Shown: positions 49,925 to 61,629 of the stretch, piece after piece
Position numbering within the stretch: position 1 is the first letter of the stretch
Layout of the letters: the number at the start of each line of letters is the position of its first letter
Origin: Scyliorhinus canicula
Taxonomy: Eukaryota
Assembly (NCBI RefSeq): GCF_902713615.1
Contig: NC_052150.1
Location: 27,552,000 to 27,615,999, forward strand
Direction: 5' to 3'
DNA length: 64,000 bases
Translations under genes and position numbers: made by a program
The notes under the pieces: generated by a model
What the model was told of the DNA's origin: nothing
Seen by the model: the letters and a program-made list of their open reading frames with translations, nothing else
Database searches by the model: none

Positions 49925-50396
49925 TGAATTTTTAAAATGTAATTTTGGTGTAAAATTTAATCGGTCAACTTTTTAAAAAAAAAAACAAATCAGAATAAAT
50001 TTGCATCTGGACCTAGAACATTCTGGACCAAACAGTTATGATTTTGAAGTATCTTGAAGTCTGCATGCGCCCTTATGTTTTTTGTTTGCCTGAAGCTGCG
50101 AGCTATTTAATTTCCTTTCACTGTAGGGAGCATCAACTGATCAAATGCTGTGTTTCCTGTTATAAGATGCCTGCATTCCAAATGAACAGAACATGGATGT
50201 TCTGGTTTCATGAGTGAATCCATACTTTTAGATATTTTTTAAATAACCAGAATAAAGTAAACCTTGTGTAAATTAGATCCCTTGTCCCTACCATTCTTCT
50301 AAACTTACACCCATCGTAAACCTGGAAAACAGCTAGTTGGATGTTCGTTTATTGAGTTGTCGATCAGCAGCAACTTTGAACTATGTGGCGCCTTTT

Positions 50397-50613
50397 AAAA
50401 AAAATTTGTACCCAATTCATTTTTTCCAATTGAGGGCCAATTTAGTGTTACCAATCCACATACCCTGCTCATCTTTGGATTGTGGGGGCGAAGCCCACAC
50501 AAACACGGGGAGAATGTGAAAACTCCACACGACAGTGACCCAGAGTCGGGATCGAACCTGGGACCTCAGGGCCATGAGGCAGCAATGCTAACCACTGTGC
50601 CACCATGCTGCCC
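50397..50613 (-). mobile_element. V-SINE, tail type B
   Basis: ~15-bp imperfect TSD tatgtggcgcctttt / tatgtgacgtctttt. Confidence 0.85.
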
Positions 50614-50619
50614 GTATGT

Positions 50620-51475
50620 GACGTCTTTTAATGTATTAAAACACTCCAAGACATTTCACAGCAACATTATCAAACAGAACGATACGCTGAACCATATAAA
50701 GCAATAATGGGCAGATGGACCACAGAGAGAGGATATAAAGAATATCTCAAAGGACAAGAGGTTTAGGAGGTGAATTTCCGAGCTTAGGCCCAATGTTCGG
50801 GAAGGTGCATTTGCCAATGGTGGAGCGATGAAAATCAGGGGTGCGCAAGAGGTCAGAATTGTAGCAGCACAGGAATCTCTGATACTCAAGCCGGATTCTG
50901 TGGGGTATGGCAGAAGCGATCGAGGACAGTTTCATTACTGGCGAGTGAAATCCCCAAAAGACCAGAGTTTGTAGGACTGACTGAAGATGTAAAGCTCAAT
51001 TTAAGATGCAGCAGCTGTGTGGGGGGGGGGGGGGGGGGGGGGGGTAGAGCGAGACCACGGAGGCATTTGAAGATGAAGAACTCCTTGCGTGGGGATATAG
51101 CAAGCTAAAATATGTGAGTGAGGAGAGGAGTGATGGATGAGTGGGACAGGATATGGCTAGCCTGGGGGTATAGCAAGCTGACTTTTGTAACGATGGGAGA
51201 GAAAGTGAATAAAAATTTTCAAATTGGTGTAAGCAAGGTAAGGGGAGTGCCAGTTAACTGTTGTGGAGTTTGAAGATAAATGCTCTTGGTAATGGAAAGA
51301 ATGTGGATTTTTACACATTGATTGAATCTAATCAAGTGACGAAGGAAGGAAATGGAATTGGTTGTAAAGTGGTAGCAGAGTCCAAGGAATAATTCCCTCA
51401 GCCTTTGTGATATTTAGTCAGTAGAAGTGATGAGCTGGATGAGCAGTTGGACCCCACTCAGAGCAGATCTGGACA
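50620..51475 (-). mobile_element. Decayed L2-like LINE 3' region
   Basis: gaggtttaggaggtgaatttccgagcttaggccc; gagcgatgaaaatcaggggtgcgcaagaggtcagaattg; similar pieces at ~29990-30100 and ~61060-61270. Confidence 0.5.
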
Positions 51476-51479
51476 CCAC

Positions 51480-52151
51480 GGGCGCGATTCTCCAATAATG
51501 GGGTTCTGTCCCCACGCTGGCGTGAATAGTAGTGCCAATCACTCCGTCAACGGTCCCCGATAATGGGGAATGCTCCCCTTCCTAGGGGGCTAGGCTGGCG
51601 CCGGAGTGGTCCCCGCAGCTCCAGCCGTGCGGCCGGAGTGAGTTCATGCATGCGTGGAATGCACGGCGTAAGTCCGCGCATGCACGCTACGGCCGGCATA
51701 TTTCGCGCATGCAGGCCCCCGGGCAATATGGCAGAGCCCTATAGGGGCCCGGTGCGGAGTAAAATAGGCCCCCACGGAACCATCCCACCCGCCAATCGAT
51801 AGGCCCCGATCACGGGACAGACCACCGAGGGGGCTCCCCCAGCCCTGGGGTCGGATCCCCCCATCCCCCTCCAGGACGGCCCCCGCAGACTCACCTTCCA
51901 GGTCCCGCCATGTGGGACCTGAGTAACGCACGCCGGTGGGACTCGGCCAAACTCGTCAGCTACTCAGCCCATCGGGGCCCGGAGAATCGACGGGTGGGGG
52001 GGGCGCTGTCAACGGCCCCTGACCGGCGCGGCAGAAATCCCACGGGTGCCTGAGAATCGGCGCCGGAGACTGGGGAAGGCGGCATCAGGGCACGATTCTC
52101 GCATCCCCCTATGGATTGTCCGATCCGGCACCGGGTCGGAGTATCCCAGCC
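51480..52151. mobile_element. Harbinger-type MITE
   Basis: GGGCGCGATTCTCC / GGAGTATCCCAGCC; TSD CAC. Confidence 0.85.
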
Positions 52152-52164
52152 CACACATTAAAAT

Positions 52165-52635
52165 GATATTTTGGCCTTGAAGGGAATGCAAAGTAGGGTT
52201 ACAAGAATGCTACCTGAGAGGTTAAGTTATGAGGGGAGATTATATAAATTAGGCCTGTTTCTCGAGAATTTGGAAGGTGATGGGATGATCTGATCGAAGT
52301 CTTCAATATAGAAACAGGAAAAGACAGAGTAGATAAAGATAAATTGTGTCCACTGGTTGGTGATTCTTGAACTAGTCTAAAACTTAGGGCCAGACCATTC
52401 AGGAAAGACATTAGGAGGAAGGACTCCTACTTCCACAGAGTGGTAGAGGGTTGGGACGCACTTTATTGATGCTAGATCAGTTGTTAATTTTGTATGGATA
52501 GATTGTTGCTAAGCAAAGGTATTAAGGGAAATTGACTAATTACTGGTTCATGGAGTTGGGCCACAGATCAGCCATGGTCTCATTGAATGGTGGGGCAGAC
52601 TCGAGGGGCTGATTGGCCGACTCCTGTTCCTCTGT
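52165..52635 (+). mobile_element. Decayed CR1 3' end
   Basis: gatctgatcgaagtcttc; tail gatcagccatggtctcattgaatggtggggcagactcgaggggctg. Confidence 0.75.
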
Positions 52636-54922
52636 AGGTAACATTGTCGATGAGAGTCATAGAGCGTTAGATCTCCATTAATGACAGTATTGGAAGTGTC
52701 AGCTGTGGCTCAGCGGTACCATTCGTTTGAGAGTCCGTAGGTTGCGAGACCGACAGTTCAGTATAGTAATGATGGTGTGTTGCGACATAAGAGATCCTGT
52801 GTTACTATTTCAAAGAAGAGATGAGCAGTTCTCCCCAGGACCAAGGAGGATTTGGAGGTGACTTGAGTGCGGGCAGGAAGGGGTGATCTTGCTAGGGATG
52901 CATTGGAACCAGACAAAGGCAGTTTCCCCAGAGCTGGACAGTTGGGGAGATACTGATTTTTAAAAAAAACATCTTCCATTGCACAATTGATATGGCAGTG
53001 GTGTAATGTTTACATTAAAATCTATTTTTATAGTTTTGTCAATAAGTCAACTTAAACTATTTTCATTGCGGAAAACAGAATATCAGCAAATATGGGTGGG
53101 TTATGAGAGAATTGAAAAGTCTTAGTCGTAGAGTCATACAGCACAGAAAGAGGACCTTTGGCCCATCATGTCTATGCTAGTCATTCTCTTCTAATGCCGT
53201 TTTCCAGTACTTGGTCCATAACCTTGTATGCTATGACGCTTCAAGTGCTCATCCAATGTTCAGGTATACTTCCCCGTGGATACTGCAGGACCTTTCTGAA
53301 AGTTTCAGCATGAAGTCAGTCTTTTCACGAGAAAAAAAATCCAATTTCATCTTGGGACACGTATGGAGAATGTGCCAGTTTTGTGGAAATAAAACAGATA
53401 GGAGTTTATGGAGCTCGCTGGTCACCCATTTCTTTCTGTTAAGATGGGGTGTTATCAGGTCTGTGACTTCCGGCCCTCTCCTCACACACCCTGACTTGCC
53501 ACGGGCATTCATCCAGAAGGTCGTGTTGTTTAGGAAATTATGTGCGCTCAGTACAATGCCCTTGCCGACCTGTTGACTGAAATGCGTAGCTCATAAAGGT
53601 TGCCTTTCTGAGAGGAAGTGTCGAACAAAGCTCTGTAGTGTTTCTCGCTCCTTGGGGATGAAAGGGAGGTGGGGGGGGAGGAGAGGTTCGCTGCTGATGG
53701 GAGTTGTTGTGGATTTTGGGCTGATGTCACCTGGCCCTTTTTCTTCCTCTCCCAAGTGCTGACAGCTGCTCTGTAACCTGACTCCACTTGAAAGGCTGGA
53801 AATGGTAAGAGTTGAAAGGTGATCGGCAGCAACTCCACAGATCTTGGGAACAGTGAACTGGCTCTCTCTCATCTGGTTTTTGATTTGTGCCTGCATTAAA
53901 TAAATCGGAGAGGTCATTTTCAAAACCGTCAACTCCATTACACAGAAGCTTTCCTTCCTGGAATGTAACCTCAGACCAGTTTTGGGGTGTTTGATGTGTA
54001 TGAGATCAGAATCTCTCCATTTGAATGGTTGTATGCAGGACGCAGGTCACTGGTGTCAAGTCATGCTGAAGTGAGGAGATTTCAAAACCAAGCCCAATGT
54101 TTCTGCTCAGATAGTTGTGACACCCATATTTGAAAGGCTGCCCACAGCAAGAGAGTTAAAGGTACCCAACATTGGAATAAACAGGCTAAAAAGAAGAAAG
54201 CAAATTCAAAAGGAATATTGACCACGACCTGCTTTATAACAATATAATCTAAATCTCGATGCCTGTACCTTTCCACCCACTGTCGTCTATTCAGCGAGTG
54301 ATATCTTGAGCATGGAAGTCTCCCTATGTTGAATAGGAGCACGGTGCAGAAACTTGGGTGGTAGTTTTGTGATCATGCAATAGTGAGGTGGCACCTGCTT
54401 TACAGCACTCCCAAGGGCCGGTGCAGACTCGATGGACCGAATGGCCTCCTGCACTGTAAATTCTATGACTCCTCCCGCAGCCCCAATTTCCATTGACGTC
54501 AGTGAAAATAGAAATCGGGTGCAATGCAGAACCTGGTGGCTGATTTTGTTATCATCTGTCCGCTCTGTTCAGTCGACTCTCTGAATCTCAAGGTTGTGGT
54601 TTCAAGTCCCACTGCCAAGTTCTTGTGCACTTAACCCAACCGCCTCTGGTACTGAGGCAATGCTATACTTTTGGATGGGCCATCATGCCGCATCAATGCC
54701 GTTGATGTTAAAGACCTTGTGGCATTGTTTTGAAGAATAGTGGAAGGGGAGTCCATCTGAGCCAACCATTATCCCACAGTCCAATGCGACCTCAAAAAAA
54801 AGACAATTTACAAAATGATTTGTATTATTGTTTTCTCTGTCTGAAGTATAGTCACTGTTCTCTGGCCAAAGTATACCATTGGCTGTATATTACTGTGGAA
54901 TATCTTGGTGTGAAAGATGTTT

Positions 54923-55240
54923 CATAGAATCCCTACAGTGCAGAAGGAGGCCATTCAACCCATCGAGTCTGCACCAATCCTCCGAAAGAGCACCCTACCT
55001 AGGCCCACTCCCCCACCTAATCCCCGTAACCCCACCTAACCTTTGGTCACTAAGGGGCAATTTAGCATGGCCAATCCACCTAACCTCCACATCTTTAGAC
55101 TGTGGGAGGAAACCGGAGCATCCGAAGGAAACCCACGCAGACACTGGGAGAATGTGCAAACTCCACACAGGCCGTCACCCAAGGCTGGAATTGAACCCGG
55201 GTCCCTGGTGCAGTGAGGCGAAATTGCCACCATGCCGCCT
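54923..55240 (-). mobile_element. V-SINE, tail A
   Basis: catagaatccctacagtgcagaaggaggccattc tail; V domain. Confidence 0.88.
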
Positions 55241-56189
55241 TATATTGGTATGAAATTCTTTACCTGGAAAGGGTTGGAAACAGACTCAATAGTAATTTCC
55301 AAACTCGAATTGAATAATTAGGAGAGAAGTGGGGCTATTTAAATTGTTCTTGCGATACATCAGCAGATGCACGATAGGCAGAATGGCCTTCTCCTGTATT
55401 GTACAGTTCTACTAAATATAGGAATTTACAACTTGTTGGAATTTTGTTTCAAGCTGCGATGTGCCCCCATTGGTCTGACCATGTGGGAAATATTGGATTA
55501 TTTATGCGTTCAACATTGTTGTGCTTTATGCCTTGTGCGACTCATTCATACTTTGTGAGGGGGGTGGGGGGGGGGGGTGTTGCAAATCTTAAAAACTAAA
55601 GGAAAACTTGTACCATTCACATGAAAACCTGGCCAGATTCTGTGAAGAGCCTCTTCGGAACTGGCTTTTCCATCGTGTGCAAGACCTGTGAATGAAAGGG
55701 CAGTCCCTCGTGTGATTATACTGTCCTTTGAACAATCTGCAGCGTTTTATGATTGACCCATGTAAGCAAGCAAGCGGCAGGAGGCCAAACATTCATCCAG
55801 TGTTTCCCCTCCAATCTGCCCAGTAATATTCCTGAGAATTCTATGAGTTTTATTAACCAGCCAGCAGCATGTGTTCAAAGACGAGCTTATCAAGTGTCTT
55901 AACTCCGATCGCTCTAAATTAATCACGACTTTTAAAAATTAAACAGAGGGGCCGGTTTCTAACGGAGTCCAATTATAGCAGCAATCGAAGCTGGCTGTTT
56001 AATTTCTCTGAACTTTTGTGGCTAATCCTTGATTTATTTTGATGATTTTGTTCTTTAATCTTCCACGAGCTTTCAGAAATTGATGGGTCTGTGGTGAAGG
56101 GACAGATTTAGCCATTAGTCTGCGACAAAATCTTCACCCAGGACAAACTCTCTTATTTCTCTTCTCTCTGTGCCGTTACGTTTTTGCTC

Positions 56190-56376
56190 TTTTTAAAGAG
56201 TGCCCAATTGCAATTTAGCGTGGCCAATCCACCTAACCTGCACATCTTTGGGTTGTGGGGGCAAAACCCACGCAGACACTAGGAGAATGTGCAAACTCCA
56301 CAGCGAGGCCGAGATCGAACCCAGGTCCTCAGCGCCGTGAGGCAGCAGTGCTGACCACTGCAACACCGTGCCACCC
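56190..56376 (-). mobile_element. V-SINE, tail type B
   Basis: ggttcgatc B box; shortened V domain. Confidence 0.8.
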
Positions 56377-57479
56377 TCAGTTCCCTTTTTGTTAACTGAG
56401 AGAAATAAGTGTGTGTGTGTGTTTAAATGCTGGTTCATCTCCTGCTGGAATTCCTGATTAATGACAGCTGCTTCCCAAAAGGTTTGGAATCTGTGCACCT
56501 CCCTCTGCCTGGAAGACTTCAAAAGGTTTTTAGCCATATCGCAGATGATTCATGGTGGTGCTAATAAAAGCAAAGGTGCCTGAGAAATGTAGGGCCTGCT
56601 TTGGAAGGACAAGGGCAGGGGCGAAAAAGCTCCTGGATATTTGCTGAGGTTGAACTGAAGCAAGCAACGCTGACACTCATCAGAAACAGGGAGCCCCATT
56701 AGAGGTCAGGAAGGGAGATTACGGCATTTCTCAGATTTCACTGGATAGTTTTAACTCCACAGGCAAGAACAATCGATTTGAATGAATTGAGTTGCAGGTG
56801 CAGATTCCAGAGCAAGGAAGGAGTTGGGGGGGGGAGGCTGGGGGTTTTGAGCTATCATTCACTTCACAACTGCTTTTGATGTGAGGTGAGGGGTTTGAGG
56901 AGATGCACTTTTTCGTTCCACTTTCTGTAAATACGTCACCAATACATTCGAGGGGAAGGAGGCACTGAGGAATTGGTGGACCTGCTGTTGGGATGGTAGG
57001 AGGCCCCTGTGAAGGCATAAATCAGTTGGGCCAAATGGCCTGTTTCTGCGCTGTCAATTGAATGTGATTTGTCAATAGGGAATGTTCTCAACAATCTGCC
57101 CCATCAGTTGTGTAGAAATCCCTTGTGTCCATCACCAGAGTGTGTTCCTCCTCTGTCTCCTCTTGCACGTTCTGGACATGATTCCATCACCATTTTTGAC
57201 TCGAGCTCTATTCTGTAACTTCCCTAAATATTGTTTTTTGCCTTGAAGGCGTGGTCAGTGGTAGGGTCAAGAAAGCCAGGGATGCATAGAGGCCAGAATT
57301 GGGAGTAGAAGATCAGACAGGCCTACAGGTTCAGATATACAAACCCTTCTTTTTAAATGGGAGGACGCATTGATCAATCTGTTTATTGAACAAAAAGGTT
57401 TTGTAAATTGGATCACAAAAGCAAAATGGTAATATTGAACCTGTACATGATGTACATGGCACATTTGCAGTATGGTGTC

Positions 57480-59545
57480 TATCATAATATCCACTCATGT
57501 ATATCATGAGATGCAGACAGGCAGTGATTGACACACAGGATAACCAATGAACACACACGACCCAGAACAACCAATCACCAGACAGGACATCGCCACTATA
57601 AAGCCCACAGGGCGTTAAGGCTCTCCCTCTCTCACAGGACATGGTTAGGGAGATAGTCGCAGTGCACAGGCAGATGAACATCATCACCATGTGATAGAGA
57701 GCTAGCTTGGTCAAGCCAGTTACCAGTTAGCTTAATAGAGTGTCAACCCACAACAGATTATGTACAGCAATCAACAGGTTCAATAAAACAGTGTTGGACC
57801 ATCTCCTGTGTCGGTAGCCTGTTTCTCGTTTCGCTGCATCCAGTTGCAGTCGATGTTAGTCCAACACAGATAGCCCATCATGGTACCAGGGAGCTGTTAA
57901 CTCTAACAAACCTACCTCAAGTGAATCTGCAACGACCAGCACGCAGCCATCCAGCAGCATGGAAAAGATCCAACCCCCTCCGCAACTCCGGAACTCCGGC
58001 AACCTCGGCGCCAACTGGACAGTCTTCAAACAGAAGTTCCTCCTACATACCGAGGCCTCCGACCTCTAAGCAGCATCAGATGTCCGATAGATCGCGCTGT
58101 TCCTGTCGACTGCGGGGGATTCGCGCCATCCACATCTATAACTCGCTCATGTTTGCCGATGGCGAAGATAAGAAGACGTTTAAGACGGTTCTGCTGAAAT
58201 TCGACAACCACTGCGACATTGAGGTGAATGAGAGCTTTGAACGGTACTTCTTCCAACAGAGGCTTCAGGGAAAGGATGAAACTTTTCAGTCCTTCTTGAC
58301 CCATCTCCGCATCCTAGCGCAGTCATGTAATTATGACTCGACGGCTGATTCCATGATCCGGGATCAGATCGTTTTCGGGGTCCAGTCCGACTCCCTGCGG
58401 GAGCAGCTCCTCAAAATCAAACAGTTGACCCTCTTCGTCGGCATCGAAACGTGCGTTGTCCATGAGCATGCCAGGAATCGTTACTCCCGCATCAGGGCGG
58501 CAGAAAATGCAAAACTAGCCTCCCATGAGGCAGAAAGGGTGCAGGCCATCACAAAAATGCAAGGCCTGAGCATCGAGGAGAGTGGCCGTTTTGCGCGCTT
58601 TTCCCGGGTCCCTACGCCGTGACCGGGTGGACGACGAGGCCGAAGATCCCGATGAGCATGTGCGAACGTCGGCCGACCGCACAGCGCATGCGCGATGACG
58701 CACAGAATGCACTGACGTCAGCGTCATGACGTATCCAAATTGTGGCTCCGCCCATTTAAAGAGCAATATCCAGCCAAAGGAAGGCGATGTCTACAGTGTG
58801 GAAAGCCTGGGCATTACGCGGCCTTATGCAGGTCCGCTCCACTGACCAACAACGAGCGATCCCACCTGTCCACAAGGCCACCGAGATGGCAGCCATCCCG
58901 CCTGTCCAGGTGCCGGCGTCTCCCCCCCTCCCCCACCTCTGCGGCGATCGGCAAGAATTTGTCATCCACCATAAAGACTGAATCTATAGACTTAAATCTT
59001 GTAAATTTTGTTCCGTTTGCTCTGTATCTGCACGATAGACACCTTCCCATGTACATATGTTCATTCATTCCCCACTTGTACATGGTTATGCATGCATATA
59101 CAGCCACGTTCCAAAATTTATTTTAAAAGGGGGAGATTTCATAATATCCACTCGTGTATATCATGAGATGCAGACAGGCAGTGATTGACACACGGGATAA
59201 CCAATGAACACACACGACACCGAACAACCAATCACCAGACAGGATACCACCACTATAAAGCCCACAGGGCATTAAGGCTCTCCCTCTCTCACAGGACACG
59301 GCTAGGGAGATAGTCGCAGTGCACAGGCCAATGTACATCAAAACCATGTGGTAGAGAGCTAGTCTGGTCAAACCAGTAGGAGGTTGTCCGTTAGGTTAAT
59401 AGAGTGTCAACCCACAGCAGATTATGTGCAGCAATCAGCAGGTACAATAAAACAGTGTTGGACCATCTCCTGTGTCGGAAGCATGTTTCTCGTTTTACTG
59501 CATCCAGTTGCAGTCGATGTTAGACCAACACAGATAACACATCCA
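57480..59545 (+). mobile_element. Internally deleted Gypsy LTR retrotransposon (LTR-gag-LTR)
   Basis: LTRs 57480-57880 and 59137-59545; PBS-like TGGTACCAGG at 57881; PPT AAAAGGGGGAGA at 59125-59136; gag remnant; no PR/RT/RH/IN core. Confidence 0.92.
57959..58860 (+). pseudogene. gag: Gypsy gag (frameshifted) with CCHC zinc knuckle
   Basis: MEKIQPPPQLRNSGNLGANW..FKQKF; NESFERYFFQQRLQGKDETFQSFLTHLRILAQSCNY..MIRDQIVFG; CLQCGKPGHYAALC (58788-58829). Confidence 0.88.
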
Positions 59546-60580
59546 GTGGTGGTTGGTGGTCCTAAGGGTGTCCTGGCTGTGGAGAACGTACAGATGAGGT
59601 TTATCAAGGTGACCGGCTGCAGCTATGGAGAGACACTGGAGAAATTGGGATTCTTTATCTTAAAACAAAAAAGGTTCTGGGAAAGTCAGAGAAATGGGCA
59701 AAATGATGGGAGGCTTTCAAAGGGTAAAATGGGGGAGGGAATGAATGAATCATCATTACCAAAAGGATGGAGAAAGTAGTTAGGGGAATTTTCTTAGCTG
59801 GTGATGTGCAAGACCATGATGCCTGATCAAAAACATGAGGGAGATAACATGATCGGATGGATATGGGGGGTGGGGTTGCTGTATGGTGGTGGGGGGGGGG
59901 GGGGGGGGGGGGGGTGCGGGTAATTCTTTGAGGAACAGCAGAGGTGAGTTGAGCTGGATTCCTGCCATTTGTAGTGTACAGTTTTATGTAAAGATTTGAA
60001 GTGCCCACATACTGTCAGTAAAATCATCGACCTGTGTTTGTAGAATATTCCTTTCCAAAATAAAAATTCAGAGGTTAAGTGAATTCTTTCAACCAAATCT
60101 CCTGAAGAGTGGGATTGCATTTTGATGTGTAAAGCAGCAAAGTGCTTAATTGAACCTGTTGCCGCTTTTATCTGAGGTCCTCTATGCAGGGAAGTGCTTA
60201 TCCTTTTGTGTTAATGACTCATTGAGATTCCTTCCTATTCAACCACATCTGTTCCTTGTCTGTAATATATTTCTTCCTTTTGCAGGAGCTATTGAACACC
60301 GAACTGAAAGGGCAATTCCTTGATGACCAGTGCCCCCTGGAGGGTGAGTGCAGTATGAAATCCTTCTTGTGGAGTTAAAATGGGAATCTACCAATGCTAG
60401 AAATCCCAGAATTTTCAAAATAGCAGACAAATGTTCAGCTAGTTAGCCGGTATCTAGATTGCTGATTGTTTTGGGCAGGTGCTGATGAAAGCTCTTACTC
60501 AAAAATGTTAAGCCACTGTTCTCTGATTTAAACTGAGAATTCACTTGAGCACATCGCATTTATATAGCATCATCACTCTT

Positions 60581-60762
60581 AAATGAAATGAAAATGAAAA
60601 TCGCTTATTGTCACAAGTAGGCTTCAAATGAAGTTACTGTGAAAAGCCCCTTGTCACCACATTGCCTGTTCGGGGAGGCTGGTACGGGAATTGAACCGTG
60701 CTGCTGGCCTGCCTTGGTCTGCTTTAAAAGCCAGCTCTTTAGCCCTGTGCTAAACCAGCCTC
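60581..60762 (-). mobile_element. tRNA-derived SINE (tail C, non-V head)
   Basis: ggctggtttagcacagggctaaa A box; ggttcaattccc B box; tail gcctacttgtgacaataagcgattttcatt. Confidence 0.85.
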
Positions 60763-61629
60763 TAACTCTTAAGGAACATCCTCGGGTGCTTCACAGGAAC
60801 TTTGTTTTCGTTTAATTGCTGTGAAATCTATTAGCCTTTGAAGCTGATTTGAAAACCATTAGAGAACAGCCCCTCGTGCATCTGCGCAATGGACCAAACC
60901 CATTTCAACCCCTCACCTTTAAATTGATGCATTGCCTGAGGGCTGGGGAGATGCAAGCGTCATAGAGCGGGAGGAAGTTAACGTCAAAGGGGAGGATTAA
61001 TGTACTTTTTAAAAAATGTAGTTCAAATGGAACTTCGCAAGCGTTATGAAACAATTTGACAATGAATCGCATGAGATATTGGGGCAGATGATTTAAAAAG
61101 GTTGATTGAAGAGGTAGGTTCTAAGGAGGGGCTTATAGGCATAGACACGTGGGGAGGGTTTATGAAGGGTATACCAGAGAATAGGGATTGAACAACTGGA
61201 GCAATGATGGCCAAGAGTGATGGAAACTGGGGACATTTAAGAGGCTAGAATTGGAGGAGCATCGAGCTTCTGTAAGGAGCAGACACTGGGTGCAAGGCCA
61301 TGGTCCCAGGGAATCAGCTTCCGATGGCGTCTGGCTCCACCTGGGCTTGGATTCCTTTTGCTGTTACTGGCTACAATGCCAGAAACCAACAGGAGGGAGT
61401 AGGCCAGGGCCGACGGTGGGTGGTGAGTGGAACCTGAGGCAGCTGCTTGTTAATGTCCACACTTGTGTGCTCGGGGGATCGTCCTTCAGGAAACCTGGTG
61501 TGTGTGTATGTTTTGGGGGGGGGGGGGGGGGGGGTGGTGGTGGAACTAGTAGAGAAATCGGGCTCTTAGCCAGGGAGGGAGTGAGGATTCAGCAGATGCT
61601 GCTTTAAGGATCCACTGTCTGATCACAGT

